64,000 nt of DNA from Octopus vulgaris. Taxonomy: Eukaryota. Both the position numbers and the translations under genes were made by a program. The stretch is from NCBI GenBank assembly GCA_951406725.2, contig OX597819.1, forward strand, positions 13,826,001 to 13,890,000, in the 5' to 3' direction. Below the pieces are notes generated by a model. The model was not told the DNA's origin, did no database searches, and saw nothing but the letters and a program-made list of their open reading frames with translations. Shown here in pieces: positions 1 through 12,550 of this stretch (positions within the stretch are counted from its first letter, which is position 1; every line of letters starts with the position of its first letter).

Positions 1-143
1 AAATACCTCAGGAATGAGAACCCATGTTCGAAATTTCCCCAAGACATCTGATGAAGGCTGGAGGGTATATCAGCCGAAACATTGTTAACAACAAACAAGA
101 TGAGGACAAATATCCGTCAAATGTAAATAATGTAAATAATGTA
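1..143 (+). mobile_element. Penelope-like element (PLE) terminal-repeat remnant carrying a hammerhead motif
   Basis: CTGATGA-A-GGCTG-loop-CAGCC-GAAAC at 48-80; short (AATGTAAAT)n-like tail at about 120-143. Confidence 0.6.
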
Positions 144-274
144 TCATGAAATTAGTTGTGAGATAAACTCTCAGTTTCAATAAAAAAAGTCATATCCCCT
201 GTATGTATTGAGTACTCCTTTCTCATTCATTCAATATAAAGCAATGTATTTATGTGTGTGTGTGTTTGTGTGTG

Positions 275-655
275 CTGAGCACCCCAGGTACAAACTTTGC
301 GCAAATTTTGTGCATGTTCAGATCTTTATGAATAAGTCTGTGTTCAGTTGTTGCACGTACTCCAAACTGTATGCCTATCGTTTTTATAAACACTTGACTG
401 TCTTCATTTGGAAAATTGTAAATTTTCTCAACCAGCTCTGAAGTTCTGAGGTCCATCTTCCTCCTACACTTCTCATCATTTCTCCCCTTCTCTCTACCAC
501 CCTTGAACCTCTTGGGCTGGTGAGAAAGGCAATCCATAAGCATTCTGAAGCATTTCATAAGAAATGCCCATAGACTTTTTGCTCAATCAAACACCCAACT
601 TTAATGCACAACAAGCTTCCAAATTCCCTTCATGTCCTGACTGCAGTCTGCAAAC
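275..655 (-). mobile_element. Degenerate mariner transposase N-terminal (HTH) fragment
   Basis: ORF 250-558 reads RTSELVEKI...EDSQVFIKTIG...HKDLNMHKICAKFVPGVLS, matching the mariner HTH-to-WVPR(E)L region. Confidence 0.7.
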
Positions 656-659
656 TTTT

Positions 660-1360
660 CTTTCTTCTTGGTTTGGCTTCACTGACAAAGATTAGGATGG
701 CTGTTGTCCAGGGTCTGATGATGCAGCTACAAAATTTTTATGCCTCTGAAGTTTGTCTTCAAAAGAGGTACTGCGAGAGATCTCAAACGAGGAGATGGCA
801 TCACTGATGGTATGGCGCCAAGCAGTACAGGCAGCTGTTAGAGTGGACCACTTATGATAATCAGTGTCACAAATGCTAAGGGACTGCTTCAGGCAGTCCT
901 TGTAATGCTTCTTTGGTGCCCCCCTGTTGTTGTTGTTAAGCAACAAGATGGGTGAGGGTGATTAGGTGATGGTCTAGGGCTTAGGGACGGGAGACCCCAG
1001 ACCTTGGAAAACAAAAACTTTGGTCATCTTGTTGGAGTCGAGGGCTCTTCATTGACGCCTAACACCACTGGGAGGTGGCCCTCGAAGTCGCTGGAAATGG
1101 AAATCTCCAGGTCCAAATTCTTGGACGGCCCCCACTGTTGTAGTGGCCAGTGGTGAGCTCACCATACCTGATGATCTTGGGTAGGTGGTGGTCTTTCATT
1201 TTGTCAACATGTCTTGCCCAACGTAGTTGCGTCCCAAGTAAAATGGCTTCCAGGCTGGTAACTTTTACTCACTTGAGGACCTCAGTATTGGTGATGTAGT
1301 CACTGCTGTAGATGTTGAGAATGGTACGAAGGCAGCGTTGGTGAAAATGTTCAAGGAATC
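660..1360 (-). mobile_element. RTE-clade LINE 3' fragment, interrupted at 931-1127
   Basis: Minus strand translates FHQRCLRTILNI...TNTEVL...QLRWARHV..M..HHLPKII.YGEL.TG, then RGAPKKHYKDCLKQSL...W...AWR; typical RTE/BovB C-terminus. Confidence 0.85.
931..1127 (-). mobile_element. 5'-truncated non-LTR retroelement end with (CAA)n tail nested in the RTE
   Basis: Flanked by near-identical GCCCCC(A)CTGTTGT at 918-930 and 1128-1141 (TSD); splits the RTE reading frame. Confidence 0.65.
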
Positions 1361-1606
1361 TGAGATGACAGTGGTAGGGGAGGAGTCAGATATGAAAAGC
1401 AGGGTTTGGTAAGATGTCTTCAGAGTGCTGTTACAGCTGTCTCCTTCAGTCTGAAATAACAAAATTTGGCAGGTCAGCTTATTAGGTGCATAGTAATCAT
1501 ATACTAAACTTACAATGATTTAGTGTATATATATATATATATAAAATATAGGGTAAGATTAATTAATCAATTGATTATAATTAATAATTTTACCAATAAT
1601 TTTGTT

Positions 1607-1772
1607 AGGCGCAGGAGTGTCTGTGTGGTAAGTAGCTTGCTTACCAACCACATGGTTCCGGGTTCAGTCCCACTGCGTGGCACCTTGGGCAAGTGTCTTC
1701 TACTATAGCCTCGCGCTGACCAAAGCCTTGTGAGTGGATTTGGTAGATGGAAACTGAAAGCAGCCCATCATA

Positions 1773-1803
<31 letters not shown>

Positions 1804-2016
1804 GCATGTGTGTGTTTGTGTATCTTGTTTGTCTCCCTAGCATTGCTTGACAACCGATGCTGGTGTGTTTATGTCCCCGTTACTTAGCGGTTCGGCAAAA
1901 GAGACCGATAGAATAAGTACTGGGCTTACAAAAGAATAAGTCCCGGGGTCGAGTTGCTCGACTAAAGGCGGTGCTCCAGCATGGCCGCAGTCAAATGACT
2001 GAAACAAGTAAAAGAG
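1607..2016 (+). mobile_element. SINE family A (tRNA-derived head, internal (TA)n(TG)n, GTAAAAGA tail)
   Basis: A/B-box-like head, GGCACCTTGGGCAAGT motif; about ten near-identical copies in the window. Confidence 0.9.
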
Positions 2017-2772
2017 CAAGTAATCAGTATGTTAAAATAATCTTTATAGGTGAATTATACAAAATATTCTATAATTATATACATAAATATAATAATAATC
2101 TGGGGTCAGCTAACTGCTTTGCCATGTACCGAAATTAGAAATAGAAGCTAAAGCCATTTCAACTACCATAAGAGAGGGAGAGAGAGAGAGAATGTGTATA
2201 CATGTGAATGTATGTGTGTGTGTGTGTATATATAGATGTGTATGTCTCTGTGTGTATATATGTGTGTATATGCATATATAAATATATTTATAGGTATATA
2301 TATGTATGGTTAAACAGGTCTAAATAGGACATGCATATATAATATGTGTGTGTGTGTGTGTGTGTTTGTGTACCTGCATATGTAATGGTGTGTTTAAATT
2401 TGTGTGTATAATTCAAAAATTTAATTTCTCATATAAGTAAATAAAGACGTTAAAATGTGCTGCGTTTGTATGTTTAAGTTCTTATGGAACAAAAGAGAGG
2501 ACAAATCAATAACTGCGTACACATTTTGTGATAAATGCTTGCGGCCCCTTAATCCTTGTTTCCCCTCCCCATCTCTTTTCTCTCACTGCTTGTTGTTGTT
2601 GTTGTTGTTGTTGCAAATATGTTTGTTATGTTTCACACTCACATCAATGAGCAGCTGATAGATATTAGATTAACATAATCCCATTAAATATTTAAACTTG
2701 GACTGGACCTGTTTTCTTTTTTGTTCTTGTATGTGTGTTTGTTTGTTGAGCTTTTTGGCTTTAATTGTAGTG

Positions 2773-3729
2773 CAGTGGTTCTCAACTGGTCTTTATGACC
2801 TTTGGGGGTCCATATAAAATTTTGTGCAAGAAATTGTACTATACACAAAATACTTTAACAATTTTTTAATATCATCATCATCATCATCGTTTAATGTCCG
2901 CTTTCCATGCTAGCATGGGTTGGATGGTTCAACTGGGGTCTGGGAAGCCCGAAGGCTGCACCAGGCCAGTCAGATCTGGCAGTGTTTCTACAGCTGGATG
3001 CCCTTCCTAACGCCAACCACTCCGAGAGTGTAGTGAGTGATTTTATGTGCCACCGACACAGGTGCCAGACGAGGCTGGCGAATATAATTCCTAATAATCA
3101 TCATTATCATCATCATCATCATTTAACGTCTGCTTTCCATGCTGGCATGGGTTTGATGGTTTAACTGAGGGCTGGCAAGCCAGAAGGCTGTACCAGGCTC
3201 TGATCTGATTTGGCAAAGTTTCTATGGCTGAAGGCCCTTCCTGAAGCCAACCACTCAGCAGAGTGTAGTGGGTGCTTTTTACATGCCACCGGCATGAGGG
3301 CCAGTCGGGCAGTACTGGCATCCATCATGCTTGAATGGTGCTTTCTATGTGCCACTGGTACAGGAGCCAGTCAGGTGGCACTGGTAACAACCACACTCAA
3401 ATGGTGCTTTTTACATGCCACTGGCATTGGCCATGCTCGAATGGTGCTTTTTATGTGCAACCAGCACAAGTGCCAATCAGGAGGTACTGTCATTGGCCAC
3501 AACAACAATTTCACTTGCCTCAACAGGTTTTCACAAGGGCAGTTTATTGCCCAATGATTGAAGGGTACTCTTAAATGGGCTGGTTATGCTGCACTGGCAT
3601 AGGCCACGGTTAGGGTCTCACTTATAAAAATACAATAGGGATTTTTAAATATTTAAAGGCTATGAGAGTCCAATAGAATAGAACAGGAGTCAAAAGGGTC
3701 CATAGGCAAAAAATTGTTGGGTACCACTG
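2773..3729. mobile_element. hAT-like MITE split by family E SINE insertions
   Basis: Ends CAGTGGTTCTCAAC and GTTGGGTACCACTG are imperfect inverted repeats; TSD not clean. Confidence 0.45.
2871..3622 (-). mobile_element. Two adjacent family E SINE copies ((GAT)n tail, internal ~65-bp array)
   Basis: (CAT)n-GTTTAACGTC...GGATGCCCTTCCTAACGCCAACC on +; repeated GTGCCACCGGCAC-type units at 3280-3500. Confidence 0.85.
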
Positions 3730-3959
3730 ATCTACAGCTTGGTTGTTTACTGTAACTTTTCTTATCAACAAGGGTACCTCCACATGGTGGCTTGACCTGC
3801 TAGAAGCAGTACCTAAATCAAATTGCATCTTCAGTTTCTTAAAACTAACATTACCTAATATTCTAAAATATTATACAACAAATTAATCCTGATATTTTAT
3901 CTTATTTTAATAAACAATATATTTATATATTATAATATATAAGAATTAATAAAATAAAT

Positions 3960-4119
3960 AGGAGTGGCTGTGTGGTAAGTAGCTTGCTTACGAACCGCAT
4001 GGTTCTGGGTTCAGTCCCACTGTGTGGCACCTTGGGCAAGTGTCTTCTACTATAGTTTTGGGCTGACCAAAGCCTTGTGAGTGGATTTGGTAGACGGAAA
4101 CTGAAAGAAGCCCGTCGTA

Positions 4120-4164
<45 letters not shown>

Positions 4165-4380
4165 ATGTATGTGTGTCTGTGTTTGTCCCCCCAACATGAC
4201 TTGACAACTGATGCTGGTGTGTTTACGTGCCCGTAACTTAGCGGTTTGGCAAAGGAGAGCGATAGAATAAGTTCTAGGCTTACAAAGAATAAGTCCTGGG
4301 CTCGATTTGCTCGACTAAAGGCAGTGCTCCAGCATAGCCACAGTCAAATGACTGAAACAAGTAAAAGGGTAAAAGAGTAA
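3960..4380 (+). mobile_element. SINE family A
   Basis: Colinear with 1607-2016. Confidence 0.9.
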
Positions 4381-4673
4381 TTAATACAAATAATCAATAA
4401 TAATAATTAATAATTACAAAAGATTACTAAATTAAACAACCATGAATTTTACTAACATATTAACTTAGACATCAATAAAATTGTGTAAAAAATTAATTTA
4501 CTGAATTGAAATAGTTTTGAAAGATGACTTGGACTGTTTTGTTTAATTATATGGAATGAATAAAAAATAATTATAAGCTGAAAATAAAATCCTCTTGCAG
4601 CATTCTGGAGGCAGGAGGCCTGTTATGAGCTGATGCCACGTTAGTTTTTCTGAGTTCATTAGAGTTTTATTAA

Positions 4674-5092
4674 CCCTTTCGTTACTGTATTTATTTTGAG
4701 ATGCTCTGTGTTTCTTTCAATTACTTTAAATATAAGAAAGAATTTAGTAAAATAATTTAGTTATCATTCAGCTAGTGTGGAAGATTTTAATTCAGAACTT
4801 TTGAAAACAAGACATTTCTACTACAGAGCCAGAAGCGGTTTCAGCCGAATTGTTTCTCTGTTATATATTTTAACCCTTTTGTTACCATATTTCTGTTGAG
4901 ATGCTCTGTTTTTTTCAATTAATTTTAAATATAACAAAGAATTTAGTAAAATAACTTATTTATCATTGAGCTAGTGTTAGGAGCATAAATTGTGACTAAG
5001 GTTTGGTGGAAGATTTTAATTCAAGACTTATGAAATCAATATATTTGTACTCAGAGCCAAAGCTGGTTTTAGCCGGGTTGGTAATGAAAGGG
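4674..5092. mobile_element. Two tandem copies (first truncated) of TTAA piggyBac-type MITE family 2
   Basis: TTAA-CCCTTT starts at 4670 and 4870; ends GAAAGGG-TCAA; same family inverted at 61702-61913. Confidence 0.75.
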
Positions 5093-6160
5093 TCAAATAG
5101 TCCCTGTTTGATATTGGAGTTGGTGCCAGTGTTTTATAACAACCATACAATTGATACGACTGCAGCAAGGTGAAGAAGTTGGAGTTAGGATGCAAAGAAG
5201 TAGAGCAGCTACCACAAAAGATCTTGTCAAATTCTCCATCAGTTTTACCATTCCACTGTCTTGGACTGTTACTTCAGTTAATGAAGCTGAAAGAATGAAA
5301 GGTAAAGGTAACTTTAGCAGGGTCTGAACTCAGAGCGTAAAGATCCCAACCAAACACCACAAGGCTTAAGCAACAAACTGGCTCTCATAAAACCCATCTT
5401 TTAGCTCATGTCTAATGAGATTGTTGTTAATGAATGATTGTAATAAAACAATAAAAGATAAAATGGAAAATGATTTCATCAAACTGAGCTGATGATTTTA
5501 ATCCCACTCTTGAAATCATTTCACACAACTCTTCATCGTTAAATGGTTGATGACACTAATTAACCATTGATGGATTGCAACTGATTATGAAAAGTCCAGC
5601 CGTAAATGACGTTTGATGTTTGATAACACTGGATTGAGATAAATAAGACTAATTAATTACTATGAGTTGTAAGTCTAATTAAAATATACTTACTATAAGT
5701 ATATTGATTGCTTATTAGACAACTAATAAAGAATATATATTAGCAAGAACAATGAGGAAGCCTCTAAGTGATCACTTGACCAGTTATGGTACGGTCTTAA
5801 AGAAATTAGAACACATTAGATAATGCAGTATTAGATTATACTGCATTAAGAGGTTCATAGCTAGAATATCCTTAATATTGAGCCCACTTCATTATATCTA
5901 GCACGGGTCCTAAACAACAGAAACCAGTGGTTCATATTCTATCTCTGGTATTGTGTTGTATCTTGGTCCATCGATCTTTTAAGAATAACTAACACAATGC
6001 TCATTGCTGTAACCACTGCCACAAAACCCTCTAATACAATTGCTCAACCTGTTAGAAATAGAAGTCAAATCTCCCCCAAATCATACACGTCTTTGTTTCT
6101 CTCACATACACATACATCCTTATGACTGTTGTCTATCAGGAGCCCACATTCATGTCTATC

Positions 6161-6530
6161 ATTTCATTTCATTTCATTTCATTTCATTTCATTTCATTTG
6201 AGTTTGAGTCCATGCTCAGGCCAAGTCGAAGACTCCACCCTCAGAGTCTGGTGTGGTTGCCAGGTTGTATTCTCTGTTTAATTTTGGCATGTGTAGGAGC
6301 AAGTTTGAGTCAGTTTGTGCTCGTTGTGTATATCCTGGGAGATGGGGTTCATCTCTAATGGTGCTTAAGTATCTATCCAGCTGCAATTTGAATGATTCCA
6401 CACTGCATCCTGATAGATTTCTGACATGTACCAGAATGGAGTTGAATAGTTGTGCTCCTCGAACCAACAGACTTGACTCTCGCAGGGTTTTTGCTGCCTG
6501 GCCAGCCTTTTTGTTGATTGGTGGTAGCTC
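6161..6530 (-). mobile_element. CR1-group LINE 3' end with (GAAAT)n tail
   Basis: RGAQLFNSI..HVRNLSGCSVESFKLQLDRYLSTIRDEP motif in ORF 6216-6668; (ATTTC)n at 6161-6198. Confidence 0.8.
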
Positions 6531-7107
6531 ATACAAAATGAGAGATTTTTCTTGGCTAGAATTTTCTGTGTAATTTAGAAAATTGACCCATTTGTATTCC
6601 TTGTAAATGAGTCTTCCTTGTTGCTTATAATTCTTACTAAAATAATTACAAAGGATTCTAATTGTCATTTCTGTAATCGGAAATTCTGTTACCTCATCAG
6701 TGTGATGTATTCCAAAAAAGGAGTTGTATTAAATAATTGGAAGAATTTATAAAAGCTCCTAAAAATACTTACAAAAAATTTGTTCTTACTTTTCATTTTT
6801 ATTTCCTAGATAAAAGGTGACAACTTTTGAAAAACTCTAGAAAAAATACCAATAATAATTGATAAAGTTCCTGGTTTGTTTCAAGTTACAGATTTCATCA
6901 TCATTTTCTTAACATCCACTTTTCCATATGTATATGGGTTGGACAGAATTGGTTGAGGTAGATTTTCTTTGGCCAGATGTCGTTCCTGTTGCCAACCATC
7001 ATCTATTTCCAAGTAAGGTAATATATCCCTATGACTAGGAAATGACATGTTTATATGGAGGATCAGAGACAAAGGACACCACTTTTAAGTCAGCGACATT
7101 TGTTTAA

Positions 7108-7308
7108 CCCTTTAGTGTTCGCATTATTCTGCCAAAATTAATGCTTTTTCATCCACATTGTTTTGAACTAATCATGCATTAATCTTGGAGCTATGAGATT
7201 TTGATGAGGTAGCTGTTTATTTTTAAGATGATATTGTAGGGTTGGTGTGAGAGACCAGATCTGGCCAGTCTGAACATAAAACAGGCAGAATACTTTTGGC
7301 CGGATATG
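7108..7308. mobile_element. TTAA piggyBac-type MITE family 1, right end missing
   Basis: TTAA-CCCTTTAGTGTT start; body matches 8540-8760 and 17927-18147. Confidence 0.8.
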
Positions 7309-7522
7309 TGATGTCAAAACAAGGAAACACATGTACGCACACATGACGGGCTTTTTTCAGTTTCCATCTACCAAATCCACTCACAAGGTTTTGGCCAGAC
7401 TGGAGCTGTTGTAGAAGACACATACTTGTTGAAAGGACTGAACTTAAAACCCTGTGGATGGAAAGCAGACTTCTTAACCATACAGCCATATCTCTCAGAT
7501 TGCTTTTTGCAATCAGTACAAT

Positions 7523-7938
7523 AGGCGCAGCAGTGGCTGTGTGGTAAGTAGCTTGCTTACCAACCACATGGTTCCGGGTTCAGTCCCACTGCGTGGCACC
7601 TTGGGCAAGTGTCTTCTACTATAGCCTCGGGCTGACCAATGCCTTGTGAGTGGATTTGGTAGACGGAAACTGAAAGAAGCCCGTTGTATATATGTATGTA
7701 TATATATATATATATGTGTGTGTGTGTGCATGTATGTTTGTGTGTCTGTGTTTGTCCCCCTAGCATTGCTTGACAACCGATGCTGGTGTGTTTATGTCCC
7801 TGTCACTTAGCGGTTCGGCAAAAGAGACCGATAGAATAAGTACTGGGCTTACAAAGAATAAGTCCCGGGGTCGAGTTGCTTGACTAAAGGCGGTGCTCCA
7901 GCATGGCCGCAGTCAACTCACTGAAACAAGTAAAAGAG
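7523..7938 (+). mobile_element. SINE family A
   Basis: Full-length copy. Confidence 0.9.
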
Positions 7939-8539
7939 TAATGTATATTTTCTTTGCCAAGTTCTGCCCACTCCAAGGCAGACCATCTTCTACTCAACAT
8001 GATGTAAGAAATACAGCAAAATATTTTAATCTTAGCCATACCGGGGTAAATCTAATCCTTGATATCATTTTAAAAGGATTCAAAACTTTTATTGGTGTAA
8101 TCCTTTCTAAATAGAAGAAAAAAGTTTTTTTGTTTTTCTTATTAAATTATGGAAGGAGAGTGTAAATTACGATTTCTGAATAATTAGTTAATAAACATTG
8201 ATCCTTTAATCACCAAGTTTGTAATCTAACTCAATCATAGGAATATTAATTTATTTAAGCAAGGAGAAGGGGATAGCAACTGGTAACACAAAATGATGAT
8301 GAAATGGTGCCAAAAAGCTAAGTAGAACTAATTAGGTAGTGAAGAAAAAAAAACAATATTAGTTAATGGTTAATAATGGGTTAATTATTCTAGCAAGTAT
8401 ATGACATGTTTCAGGGTTATTAGAGCTCTTCAGTGAAGCATGGACTACAAAATATATATACTAAAATATTGAAGAAGATATGATTAAGTAAATATACAAT
8501 ATCATATATGAATAGGTGTGAAAAAGGAGCAGAATTTAA

Positions 8540-8760
8540 CCCTTTAGTGTTCAGATTACTCTGTTAAATGTAATACTTTTTCACTCAAATTGTTTTGAAT
8601 TAATCATGCATTATCTTATAGCTTTGAGGTTTCAATGATGTGAATATTTAGTTTTAGAATGTCACTGTAGGTTAGGTGTGAGAGGCTAGATATGGCCAGT
8701 TTGAATATAAAACATGTAGAATATATTGGGCCGGATTTGGCCAGTTTAAACACTAAAGGG
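8540..8760. mobile_element. Complete 221-bp piggyBac-type MITE family 1
   Basis: TIR CCCTTTAGTGTT / AACACTAAAGGG with TTAA on both sides. Confidence 0.9.
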
Positions 8761-9309
8761 TTAACAAATTACTGAAAAAGCTTACTTAGGGAGACCAGCA
8801 GCAGGAAAAATAGTAGTCAATTTAGTGTTACATATTTTATACAGTAAGTATTAAAAATCTAATTAGATATAATTATTCAGTGAAGAAAAGACAATATTAT
8901 TCAATGACTAATATTATTTTAAGTATTTCAGCAAGTGTGGGAAACGTGGGTGTTAAACAGGAACGTTAATGAACAAACACTAACCACTTAATGCTTTCTA
9001 GTTAAAGCAAGTTTAATTAGATAATTCTTTTTTTATATTTTTTGATTAGTCCATTAGCATTGAGAGAAAAATTAATTTTTCATTTTATTTCTTTATATTT
9101 ATTTGGGTGATAAATTTTTTTTCTTTAGAGTATTTAGATATCCCTGTAGTCTGAGATCGAATCCCACAAGGTCAGTTTTGCATTTCATCTTTCTTGAATT
9201 AGTAGAATAAGTACCGGTTAAATCCTAGGGTTGATTGAATCAACTGTTCCAGCCCCACCACCCAACTGCATGACCTTGTGTTCACTGTTTTCACTATTTT
9301 ACTGGGCCT

Positions 9310-9820
9310 CACACAGGCAATGACAGGAGACTGAGACCTTTGGAGATATGCAGTGATTGAAGACCCGACAGCAAAAGAGAGATCACAGCCACGCATGTAC
9401 CCCTGATGTGTCGGGCGATATGATATGCTTGAGAAGACCTGTTGAGTCAAATAAAACCAATATTGTAGCTGTGGCCAATGCTCCCTGACTGGCTCCCGTG
9501 CTGGCAGCACATAAAATGCACCATCCAAAATGCAGTCAATGCCAGGTCTGCCTGACTGGCTCCCATGCCGGTGGCATGTAAAAAGCACTATCCAAACATG
9601 ATCGATGCCAGGCCCACCTGACTGGCTCCTGTGCTGGTGGCACGAAAAAGCATCCTCTACATTCTCAGAGCAGTTGGTGTTAAGAAAGGGCATCCAGCTG
9701 TAGAAACATTGCCAGATCAGATTGGAGCCTGGTACAGCCTCCTGGCTCTGCAGACCTCAGTCAAACCGTCCAACCCATGCCAGAATGGAAAGCGGACATT
9801 AAATGATGATGATGATGATG
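9310..9820 (+). mobile_element. SINE family E with internal array
   Basis: Three GTGCCGGTGGCAC-TAAAAAGCAC-type units, GGGCATCCAGCTGTAGAAA, (GAT)n tail. Confidence 0.8.
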
Positions 9821-9997
9821 TGTGTGTATGTGTGCGCGTGTGCTTCCAATGTCTGATGAGCTGGTCATGTTTTCACATCCACAAAACTTTCAGTAAATTG
9901 AACCAGGTTTCACTTGAGAGGATTTGTCAATAAGTCAGTTTATTGCTTCCTTCTGGAACAACTGACCAACTGGCAAGTGGGTTCTTATATATTTATA

Positions 9998-10310
9998 TGT
10001 TGTTGTTGTTTGTCCCTTCTCCAGCCATGCCTGGCTCATAAGGGCTGGTTTCCCGGTTTCATTAGCATATAGGTTCCCAACCTGGACAGGACGCCGGTAC
10101 GTCGCAAGTGAGCTGCTAGATGCAGGAGGAAAGAGTGAGAGAAAGTTATGGCAAAAGAGTCAGTAGAAGTTTCGCCATTACCTTCTGCTGGAGCCATGTG
10201 GAGCTTAGGTGTTTTACTCATAAACACACACATCACCCGGTCTGAGATTCAAACTCACAATCCCTCGACTGTGAGTCCGCTGCTCTAACCACTAGGCTTT
10301 GCACCTCCAC
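9998..10310 (-). mobile_element. SINE family D (tRNA head shared with family C, (CAA)n tail; resembles Octopus OR-type SINEs)
   Basis: Reverse complement of 14277-14567. Confidence 0.85.
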
Positions 10311-11162
10311 ATCTAGTTATATGGCTAGAAATAATAACCATAGTTGTCTGAAAGCATACACTACCATTTCTTTTTAGTTTGCAGATGAAGATGGTACCCA
10401 TGACTGTTGTAGACCCTCCAAGACCAGTAAGCTGGATGCTGTTAATGTTTTGTTTCTGCTGCTGCAAATCTGGTATCTGTCAGTTATGACAACGAGGGTT
10501 CCCGTTGATCTCACCAAAGGACAGCCTACTTGTGAAAGTGGTTGAATGCTCCACAGAAACACATTCCCTTATTGTAGTTCTCGGGAGATTCAGCTTACAC
10601 AGAATGGGACAAGGCTGGCCCAATCATTTTTATTGAGTGAGCTGGAACAGTATGTAGAGTGTCTTGCTCAAGGCTACAGTGCATCACTCGGAACTGATCA
10701 TGAGCCAAATACCCTGATCATTAAGTCATGCGCCTTCACTGTTGCAGATCAATAGCTGCAGGAAAGACAAGTGCAATGAGGAGATTCCAGAGAGATGGTG
10801 TTGCAAGGAAAAAGGACTGTGAATAGTGATTAGTGCAAGGGTGATATGAGGTGAACAGATGTGTGGGCTGAGGGCGCTGGAGAAGAACAGGTATGGCAGC
10901 AGTTCTGAGGAACAGAGGCCATTATAGTTGTACAAAAGGATATTGGATAATGTAAGCCAAAGTGCATTAGTCATGAAAAGAAAATTAGTAAGATCTTGGC
11001 TGGAATGTCTTCAGCCATAGAGCTATTCAATCAGAACTGGTCTGGAGTATAACAACAACAACAAGCTACCCGTGCTTCCTTTCCCTCTCCCTCGTCTTTA
11101 GAGGAGCCCCTTGTGGAAGTCACTGGGGAGTCTCTTCCTTCACTAACTAAGCCTTAAAAATT

Positions 11163-11335
11163 GTGCCGGAGGCACGTAAAAAGCACCCACTACACTCATG
11201 GAGTGGTTGGCGTTAGGAAGGGCATCCAGCCGTAGAAACATTGCCAGATTAAACTGGGCCTGGTGCAGCCTTCTGGCTTCCCAGACCCCAGTTGAACCGT
11301 CCAACCCATGCTAGCATGGAAAGCAGACGCTAAAC

Positions 11336-11363
<28 letters not shown>
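11163..11363 (+). mobile_element. SINE family E 3' part
   Basis: GTGGTTGGCGTTAGGAAGGGCATCC...(GAT)n. Confidence 0.85.
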
Positions 11364-11367
<4 letters not shown>

Positions 11368-12278
11368 GCATCCCAAGCAAGTCTTTTCATTCATTATTTT
11401 TAATTTATAATACAAAACAGATGAAAGATAACAACTGACACAGTATTTGAATCTAAATGTCTTCTTGGTTTATCAAAACAAAAAAAGTAACCTTATACTT
11501 AAAACTTGAATCTTTCAACACCATTTGTTTGTTTATGTGTATGTATATTGTGTGTGTATATTATGTGTGCATAGGTGTTTATATATGTATATGTTTGAAG
11601 TGTGTATATAAATATATATATATATGTGCGTGTGTGTGTATGTATGTATATTTATATACACATATGCACTTACATACGCATACATATGTATGTGTATGAT
11701 GTTAGACCTGCATAAATACATGCGGTTATAATCACTGCATATATATGTGTGTGTCTGTGTATACACACAGACACACATGAACACAAATATGTATGAATGT
11801 ATGTACCTGTATGTATCTGTGTATGTGTGTGTGTATATATATATATATGTATATATGATTTGATGCCTAGATTAATTTAGGGATGTAGGTGTGTGTGTGT
11901 AAGTGCCTGTTACCCTTTGTGACCTACCATTGACCCATCACTTAAAATCCTTCAATGAGGAGAGAATTAATCTATTTAATATGCATGCAAAACAAAATAA
12001 AAGAAAAATAATAGAAAAAGACTTAATGAAGACAATTATTATTGTTCCAGGTGTCAGCTAAATGGGGAAACTACAAAAGGCCTCATTCAGTCCAGTATTA
12101 TAGTTGTAAATACATATCACACTTCAACACTTGTTTTATTATAAAAACAACTGCCTCTCTACTTACTTATTGTAAATCACTTGATAAAAAGTTAATCCTT
12201 TTTTTATGGAGGGATCACCTACATTCATCATGTAGGAACTGCTGTTTCAACTGCCTGCTGTTGTTAATATTTAGTTTT

Positions 12279-12314
<36 letters not shown>

Positions 12315-12326
<12 letters not shown>

Positions 12327-12362
12327 ACAAGATAAGGGCCCTTATCTTGTAAATTATATATA
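12315..12362. repeat. Perfect 48-bp spacerless palindrome
   Basis: TATATATAATTTACAAGATAAGGG|CCCTTATCTTGTAAATTATATATA. Confidence 0.95.
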
Positions 12363-12450
12363 AATTTTACCTTTAAAGGCATTTTTTGATATGCTAGCCA
12401 TTGATAAAAATTTTTTCCCGAAAAAAATTTTATCCTATATCAATTGTATG

Positions 12451-12543
<93 letters not shown>

Positions 12544-12550
12544 ATATGTA

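Noticed and set aside
5489-5520. CTGATGA...GAAA as a hammerhead
   Set aside because: No stem II between the boxes; the boxes pair with each other instead
9139-9165. miR-10-like CCCTGTAG
   Set aside because: Only 8 nt match, no precursor hairpin, and it lies in a decayed family B SINE
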